A DNA stretch of 64,000 bases from Myxococcales bacterium (GTDB lineage Bacteria; Myxococcota_A; Polyangia; Polyangiales; DASUME01): positions 7,040,001 to 7,104,000 of the forward strand of contig JASGJH010000001.1 of assembly GCA_047601445.1 (NCBI GenBank), read 5' to 3'. The notes under the pieces were generated by a model. It searched no databases and was not told the DNA's origin. It saw only the letters and a list, made by a program, of their open reading frames with translations. Numbering within the stretch: the stretch's first letter is position 1; the number at the start of each line of letters is the position of its first letter. Of the stretch, positions 58,087 through 64,000 are shown in pieces. The position numbers were made by a program, and so were the translations under genes.

Positions 58087-58262
58087 CGCTCACGCATGCC
58101 GTCGCCGTTCAGGTCAATGTTGACGTCGTCGACCAAGTCAACCTCGACGCCGAGGTTCGACTCCGCCGGACTGCAGTCTAGCGCTTGCGCTTCAGTGATG
58201 ATGAGCGTGGTGGTGGACTTGGACGACGACTTTGACACGAACGGCGACGGTGTGCGTGAGCG
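58087..58262. repeat. hairpin repeat family copy C
   Basis: CGCTCACGCATGCCGTCGCCGTTCAGGTCAA ... TTTGACACGAACGGCGACGGTGTGCGTGAGCG. Confidence 0.85.
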
Positions 58263-58342
58263 ATCCCGGGTTGACGCTCCGCTCACGCGGTCGCGGGCCC
58301 GCGCCCTTGCCATCACCTTCCACGCCGTCACAATGCGCAGCG

Positions 58343-59701
58343 ATGTCGTCGCAGTCGCTGTTTTCGCAATCCATGTCGCTCGAGCTCGGAGTGCCACCGC
58401 TTGGGTTGTCCTTGATCACGGGACCCAATGGCTCCGGCAAGTCGAGCGCCGCGCGCGCACTGGTGGAGCGCGTGCCAGGCGCGGAGTTGTTGTCCGCGGA
58501 GTCGCAGCAGGCTTTCTACGAAGATCAGCTGGCCCGCGACGAGTCGAACTTCAACCAGGGGGTGGACACCAGCACCACGCTCGCGCAGCTCGTGGGCGAC
58601 GCCGCGCGTGAACATCCACTGGTGGCAGCCTTCCGGCTCGCGCCGCTGTGGGAACGTGGGTACCGCCTTCTCTCTACGGGGGAGGGCCGCAAGGTGCTGC
58701 TCTTGCGCGCCGTGCTGCGCAGTCCTGCGCTGCTCGTGCTCGACGAACCCTTCGACGGACTCGATGCCGCCGCGCGCGCCGAACTCGCCGATGCCATCGA
58801 GCAGGTGGCCGAGCGCGTGCCGGTGCTGGTGGTGGGGGCCATGCGCGCCGACCAGCTGCCCTTCACGGACGCCGCCGTGCGCGAGGTCAACGTGATCGAG
58901 CAGGGCCAACTCGCCTTTCGTGGCAGCCTCGAAGCTTTTCGCGCACGGGTTCACGTAGCGCCGCGCAAGCACCTGCCACCGCCAGTGCAGCTCGGCACCT
59001 ACTTCGAGCCGTGGCCCGCCGACGTTCCGCTGATCGTGCTGCGGCAGGGCAGAGTGCAATACGGCGAGCACGTGGTGTTCGAGGGGCTGGACTTCCGTTT
59101 GAACAGGGGCGAGCACACCTTGATCGAGGGCCCCAATGGCTCGGGCAAGTCCACGCTGCTCGAGATGTTCACGGGCGACCATCCGCAGGCCTACGCCAAT
59201 GACCTCACGCTGTTCGGCCGACGACGCGGCAGTGGCGAGACGGTCTGGGAGATCAAGCAGAAGGTAGGTGTGGTGTCGGGGCAGCTGCACCGCAACTACC
59301 GCGTGGGCGGCAGCGTCGAAGACGCCCTGGTGAGCGGCATCTTCGACAGCATTGGTGTGTACCGGGAGCCTGAGCCGAGCCATCGCGCACGCGCGCTGGC
59401 CTGGCTCGCGTGGGTCGGCCTGGGCATCGCTCCCGACGCGGCGTTTCGCGAGCTCTCGTTCGGGCTCCAACGGCTGGTGTTGATCGCGCGAGCGGCCATC
59501 AAGGTGCCGCCGCTCGTGGTGCTCGACGAGCCCACGTCCGGGCTCGACCCGGAGAATCGCGAGCGCGTGCTCGAGCTGGTGGAGTCCCTGTGCACGCAGG
59601 AGCTGAGCACTGTGCTGATGGTGACGCACCGCGACGACGAGCGAGAGTTCTGGGAACGCCGCATCCGGGGTCGCAAGATCTCGCTCGCTTCCCGCGCCTG
59701 A
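58343..59701 (+). CDS. modF: ModF-like dual ABC ATPase
   Basis: Two GPNGSGKS; LSTGEGRK; TGDHPQAYAN..FGRRRGSGETVWEIK. Confidence 0.85.
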   Translation: MSSQSLFSQSMSLELGVPPLGLSLITGPNGSGKSSAARALVERVPGAELLSAESQQAFYEDQLARDESNFNQGVDTSTTLAQLVGDAAREHPLVAAFRLAPLWERGYRLLSTGEGRKVLLLRAVLRSPALLVLDEPFDGLDAAARAELADAIEQVAERVPVLVVGAMRADQLPFTDAAVREVNVIEQGQLAFRGSLEAFRARVHVAPRKHLPPPVQLGTYFEPWPADVPLIVLRQGRVQYGEHVVFEGLDFRLNRGEHTLIEGPNGSGKSTLLEMFTGDHPQAYANDLTLFGRRRGSGETVWEIKQKVGVVSGQLHRNYRVGGSVEDALVSGIFDSIGVYREPEPSHRARALAWLAWVGLGIAPDAAFRELSFGLQRLVLIARAAIKVPPLVVLDEPTSGLDPENRERVLELVESLCTQELSTVLMVTHRDDEREFWERRIRGRKISLASRA

Positions 59702-59779
59702 CCTCCCGCGGGCACCTCGACTCGAGAATCACGCGACGAGGCCCCGGCAGGCGACCTCCGCCCGCTGGTCGTCCCGAGC

Positions 59780-59808
59780 TTGACAATCCATAAGCAGTTG
59801 CTTATATG
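59780..59808 (+). promoter_or_regulatory. sigma70 promoter with overlapping ArsR-type operator
   Basis: TTGACA at 59780-59785; palindrome ATAAGCA-GT-TGCTTAT at 59790-59805. Confidence 0.75.
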
Positions 59809-59814
59809 TCGATC

Positions 59815-60144
59815 ATGCAGAGCGCGCTGGCCGCCGAAGACAAGATTTTCCAGGCCCTGGCCGATCCCAGTCGCAGGGCGATCTTCGAGTCGCTCACGCG
59901 CGGCGAAGCGGCGGTGAAGGACCTCACGGCCCGCTTCGACATCTCGCAACCGGCCGTCTCGCAGCACCTCGCCACGTTGAAGGACGCGGGCTTGGTGAAC
60001 GGTCGGCGCGAAGGACGCTGTGTCTACTACCGGGTGGAGCCTCGTGGAATGAAACCGCTCATCGACTGGATCACGCACTACCGCGCGTTCTGGACCGAAC
60101 GCGTCGACCGCCTTGAACAACTGCTGGAGAAGATGGACAAATGA
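59815..60144 (+). CDS. ArsR family regulator
   Basis: IFQALADPSRRAI..ISQPAVSQHL..REGR. Confidence 0.92.
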   Translation: MQSALAAEDKIFQALADPSRRAIFESLTRGEAAVKDLTARFDISQPAVSQHLATLKDAGLVNGRREGRCVYYRVEPRGMKPLIDWITHYRAFWTERVDRLEQLLEKMDK

Positions 60145-60581
60145 CCTTCACCGAGAAGACCCCTTCGGGGCAAAGCGAATCCCTTTCGTTCGAGTTCGAC
60201 CTCAAGCATGCGCCGAGCAAGGTGTGGCGCGCGCTCACCGATCCGGAGTTGCTCACCGAGTGGCTCCTGCCCGTGATCGATTTCAAGCTGGAAGCCGGGG
60301 CGGCGTTCATGTTCAAGACGCAGCCGCAACCCGGTTGGGACGGCACGGTCAACTGCCAATTCAAGGAGATCGAGTCGCAGCGCAAGCTGAGCTGGTCCTG
60401 GGTCGTCGGCGACATCGACACGGTCGTCACATTCACGCTCACGCCCACTCCGTCGGGCACCCGGCTCTCGCTGGTGCAGTCGGGCTTCAAGCCGCACCAG
60501 AAGCAGAACTTCGGCGGTGCACGCTACGGCTGGAACATGATGGGCGAGAAGTTGCTCAACGTGCTCGCGAAGATTTCCTGA
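60141..60581 (+). CDS. SRPBCC/AHSA1-like protein
   Basis: KVWRALTDPELLTEWL..GTRLSL..GW. Confidence 0.9.
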   Translation: MTFTEKTPSGQSESLSFEFDLKHAPSKVWRALTDPELLTEWLLPVIDFKLEAGAAFMFKTQPQPGWDGTVNCQFKEIESQRKLSWSWVVGDIDTVVTFTLTPTPSGTRLSLVQSGFKPHQKQNFGGARYGWNMMGEKLLNVLAKIS

Positions 60582-60593
60582 GAGGAGGACCCT

Positions 60594-60827
60594 GTGAAAC
60601 TCACCAACTTCGTTCGTCAGAGCCATCGCTGGTTGTCCATTGCGTTCACGCTGGCCAGCATCGCCAACATCGTCGCCATGGTGGTGCAGGGACCCAACCA
60701 GGGGCCGTCCGCCCAGTGGCTCGGCTTCGTGGCGCTGCTCCCACTCGTGCTGCTACTCCTGAGCGGCCTCTACCTGTTCGTGTTGCCCTACACGGTCAAG
60801 CGCCGCGAACTGCAACCGGCGGAGTAG
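60594..60827 (+). CDS. small 2-TM membrane protein
   Basis: GAGGAGG RBS; RQSHRWLSIAFT..SGLYLFVLPY. Confidence 0.8.
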   Translation: MKLTNFVRQSHRWLSIAFTLASIANIVAMVVQGPNQGPSAQWLGFVALLPLVLLLLSGLYLFVLPYTVKRRELQPAE

Positions 60828-60837
60828 GGGACGATTC

Positions 60838-63099
60838 GTGAGCTCTCCGTTCGGCAACATCGAGGTGCGCGGCGCGCGCGAGAACAACCTCAAGAACATC
60901 TCGCTCGATATCCCGCGCCGCAAGCTCACGGTCTTCACCGGCGTCTCGGGGAGCGGCAAGAGCTCACTGGTGTTCGATACCATCGCGGCGGAGTCACAGC
61001 GGCTCATCAACGAGACGTTCTCGACCTTCGTGCAGAACTTCCTGCCACGCTATGGTCAGCCGGACGCGGACGCGCTGCACAACCTGTCCACTGCCATCAT
61101 CGTCGACCAGCAACCTTTGGGCGGCAATCCGCGCTCTACACTCGGCACCGCCACCGACGTGTTCACCATGTTCCGCGTGCTGTTCGCGCGCGCGGGCTCG
61201 CCCAAGGTGCCCCATGCGCTCGCGCTGTCCTTCAACGATCCGCGCGGCATGTGTCCCGAGTGTGAGGGCCTCGCCCGCATGTCGAAGGTCGACGTCGACG
61301 CCCTGGTGGACAAGGACAAGTCGCTCGCCGAAGGCGCCATTGGCTTTCCCACCTTCAACGTCGACGGGTACTACTGGTCCATCTTCGCCAACTCCGGCTT
61401 CTTCGATGTGAAGAAAAAGTTGCGCGACTACACCCAGGCCGAGTGGGACAAGTTTCTCTACTTCGACGACCCCAAGGTCAAGGTCAAGTCGATCGGCAAC
61501 ATGAAGAGTCCCTACGAGGGGCTCGTGGTCAAGTTCAAGCGCGTCTACCTGGGCAAGGACGCGGAGAAGATGCCTGCTGCGCTGCGTGATGTGTTCGAGC
61601 GCATCGTCACGCGCTGCCCCTGCGAGGCCTGCGGGGGCACGCGCCTCAGCGAGCTTGCGCGCGGGTGCAAGGTCGGTGAGTACAGCATCGCGGATGTGTC
61701 TGCGCTGCCGATCGTGGAGTTGCTCGCCTGGACGCGAAAACTCGAGCTTCCGGCGGTGGCTCCGCTGGTGGCCCGCATCGTCGAACGGCTCGAGCACCTG
61801 GTCGCCATCGGCCTCGGTTACCTGACCTTGAGCCGCGCCACGGCCAGCCTCTCCGGCGGCGAATCGCAGCGCGTGAAGATGGTGCGCCACCTGGGTGCCG
61901 CGCTCACCGAGATGGTCTACATCTTCGACGAGCCGACGATCGGGCTCCACCCCCATGACATCGAGCGCCTGAAGGGCGTGCTCTGCATGCTGCGCGACAA
62001 GGGCAACACGGTGCTGGTGGTCGAGCACAAGCCCGAGGTGATGGCCATCGCCGACCACATCGTCGACATGGGCCCGGGCGCCGGCAAGGCGGGCGGGAAC
62101 GTGGTCTTCCAGGGGCCGTTCGAGGCGCTGAAAGCGTCCGGTACCAAGACCGGGGATCACCTTGCGCTGCGCGCCGCGCTGAAGACCGACTATCGCCGAG
62201 CGAAGGGGCACCTCCTGATCGAGAACGCCACGCTCAACAACCTGCGCAACGTGAACGTGAAGGTTCCCCGTGGGGTTTTGACCGCGGTCACCGGCGTGGC
62301 GGGCAGCGGCAAGAGCTCGCTGATCCACGGCTGCCTGGTTCCGCGCTACCCGGACGCCGTGGTGGTCGATCAGGCGCTCACGCCCGGCTCACGGCGCAGC
62401 AATTTGGCCACCTACTCGGGCATGGCGGACGCGATTCGCAAGGCCTTCGCGAACGCGAACAAGGTGCAGCCCGCGCTGTTCAGTTCCAACTCCAAGGGCG
62501 CCTGTCCCGCGTGCGAGGGGCTCGGTGTCACGTACACCGATCTGCAGCACATGGACCCGGTGGCCACGCGCTGCGAGGCCTGCGAAGGGCGCTGCTTCAC
62601 CGACGAGGTCCTGGCGCTCACCCTGCGGGGGAAGAACATCAACGACGTGCTCGGCTTCTCGGTGCGCGAAGCGCTCGAGTATTTCGTCGAGAAGCCCGTG
62701 CTGGCCACGCTGCGCACGCTTTCGGACGTGGGGCTCGGGTATCTGGCGCTGGGGCAGCGCTTGAACACCCTATCGGGTGGGGAGCGACAGCGGCTCAAGC
62801 TCGCCGAGGAGCTCGGCAAGCCGTCGGAGATCGTGGTGCTCGACGAGCCCACGACCGGACTTCACATGGCCGACGTGGCGGGCCTGATCGGGCTGCTCGA
62901 TCGCATGGTCGACAACGGCTCCACCGTGATCGTGATCGAGCACAACCTGGACGTGGTGGCGCGTGCGGACTGGGTGCTCGACGTGGGGCCGGGCGCTGGC
63001 AACGAAGGCGGGAGCATCGTCTTCGAGGGGGTGCCTTCCGAGCTGGTGAAGCAGGCGGCCTCGGTCACGGGCCAGCACCTCTCGCGACGGATGCCATGA
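60838..63099 (+). CDS. UvrA-like class II (DrrC/UvrA2-type) ABC ATPase
   Basis: [25 protein letters not shown], second GVAGSGKSS, CxxC pairs; 753 aa, shorter than canonical UvrA. Confidence 0.9.
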   Translation: MSSPFGNIEVRGARENNLKNISLDIPRRKLTVFTGVSGSGKSSLVFDTIAAESQRLINETFSTFVQNFLPRYGQPDADALHNLSTAIIVDQQPLGGNPRSTLGTATDVFTMFRVLFARAGSPKVPHALALSFNDPRGMCPECEGLARMSKVDVDALVDKDKSLAEGAIGFPTFNVDGYYWSIFANSGFFDVKKKLRDYTQAEWDKFLYFDDPKVKVKSIGNMKSPYEGLVVKFKRVYLGKDAEKMPAALRDVFERIVTRCPCEACGGTRLSELARGCKVGEYSIADVSALPIVELLAWTRKLELPAVAPLVARIVERLEHLVAIGLGYLTLSRATASLSGGESQRVKMVRHLGAALTEMVYIFDEPTIGLHPHDIERLKGVLCMLRDKGNTVLVVEHKPEVMAIADHIVDMGPGAGKAGGNVVFQGPFEALKASGTKTGDHLALRAALKTDYRRAKGHLLIENATLNNLRNVNVKVPRGVLTAVTGVAGSGKSSLIHGCLVPRYPDAVVVDQALTPGSRRSNLATYSGMADAIRKAFANANKVQPALFSSNSKGACPACEGLGVTYTDLQHMDPVATRCEACEGRCFTDEVLALTLRGKNINDVLGFSVREALEYFVEKPVLATLRTLSDVGLGYLALGQRLNTLSGGERQRLKLAEELGKPSEIVVLDEPTTGLHMADVAGLIGLLDRMVDNGSTVIVIEHNLDVVARADWVLDVGPGAGNEGGSIVFEGVPSELVKQAASVTGQHLSRRMP

Positions 63100-63247
63100 G
63101 AAACGCCCCCGGGCAGTTCATCCCCGTCATGGGGTGAGCCCGATTACACTCTGATGGGCTGCTTCCTCCGAGCTCGCTCGCTGAAAATCGCGTCTTCCCT
63201 GACTTTCCAAAGCTCGATCGAGCCCGGAAACCGCCTATCCTCCCGCC

Positions 63248-63970
63248 ATGGCAGAGATCCAGATTCGCCCCTATCGCCCTGAAGACCGTCCCGCCATCCG
63301 GGCCATCTGCTTCGACACGGGCTTGCAGGGAGAGAGCATCGCGTCGCAATACGCGGATCGCGAGAGCTTCGCCGACATGTTCACCGCGCACTTCACCGAC
63401 AACGAGCCGGAGCTCGTGGTGGTGGCCGAACTCGAGGGCCGCGTGATCGGGTACATGTGCGCTGCGCTGGACGTCTCGAAGGCCCGCTCCCCCGAGAGCT
63501 ACGCGCTCAAGCAGGTTTTCACGCGCGGGGTGTGTTTTCGGCCTGGCACCGCGGGCTTCTATTGGCGATCGGCCTTCGACGTGATCGGGGGCGCCTTCAG
63601 CAGCAAGAGCAAACCCAAGCTCGACTACAAACGCTTCCCGTCCACCAACCACATCAACCTGCTGGCCGAAGCGCGCGGGGGTGGCACGGCCTTCGATCTC
63701 TTCTTCACCGCGGTGGATGGCCTCAAGGAGCGTGGCTCGCCCGGCATGCACGCCGAGGCGCTGGCTTCGAACAAGGCCGTCGCGGAGTTCATCACGCGCA
63801 AGCTCGGCGGTGAGAAGTTCGGTGATCCCTATCTCTTGCCCGGACTGCGGGACAAGGACGGGGGTCGCATCGAAGCGCAGATGTTCGTGCTCGATCTGGC
63901 CAACTACAAGGTCGGCGACTGGAAGCGAATCAAGGCGGAGCGCGCTGCCAAGGCGCGCGCGGCCCGCTGA
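63248..63970 (+). CDS. GNAT family acetyltransferase
   Basis: IRPYRPEDR..IC..TG; VIGY; HINLLAEARGGG. Confidence 0.8.
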   Translation: MAEIQIRPYRPEDRPAIRAICFDTGLQGESIASQYADRESFADMFTAHFTDNEPELVVVAELEGRVIGYMCAALDVSKARSPESYALKQVFTRGVCFRPGTAGFYWRSAFDVIGGAFSSKSKPKLDYKRFPSTNHINLLAEARGGGTAFDLFFTAVDGLKERGSPGMHAEALASNKAVAEFITRKLGGEKFGDPYLLPGLRDKDGGRIEAQMFVLDLANYKVGDWKRIKAERAAKARAAR

Positions 63971-64000
63971 GCGCCGGCGCCGCTGGGGACGCGCGACCTG

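Noticed and set aside
57174..58611. ORFs reading V-D-L-D-D-D across the hairpin elements
   Set aside because: A by-product of the hexamer-periodic repeat; no RBS or coding context
1..64000. tRNA, rRNA, prophage, integrase, transposase, reverse transcriptase or known defence genes
   Set aside because: No recognisable motifs seen by eye; small divergent elements could have been missed

Overview
High-GC window whose gene content points to a myxobacterium (Polyangiales-like): Ser/Thr kinases, an FHA-sigma54 activator and many Cys-rich lipoproteins with acidic linkers. It holds about 50 credible CDS. I found no rRNA, tRNA, CRISPR array, integrase or transposase. Main blocks in order: divergent chrA/chrB chromate resistance; two histidine kinases; a lamin-tail-domain (LTD) lipoprotein cluster with a TPR/PEGA-type gene and a Ser/Thr kinase; TetR/tautomerase; a Rox-like FAD monooxygenase; two ArsR-SRPBCC modules, one with a UvrA-class-II gene; an ECF sigma/anti-sigma pair; a GH5 enzyme; two kinase-AAA proteins; rnhB; ilvY-ilvC; modF. 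The strongest non-coding signals are: (1) a sigma54 promoter followed by a c-di-GMP-I (GEMM) riboswitch overlapping the RBS of an uncharacterised GNGLPK-repeat lipoprotein, near an FHA-sigma54 activator/kinase pair; (2) a palindrome resembling the rifamycin-associated element (RAE) upstream of the Rox-like gene; (3) a family of long hexamer-periodic hairpin repeats in three intergenic regions; (4) a frameshift that merges two genes into the 889-aa ORF; (5) several operator-like palindromes (ChrB, TetR, ArsR, IlvY). All family assignments come from motif recognition by eye, not database searches.
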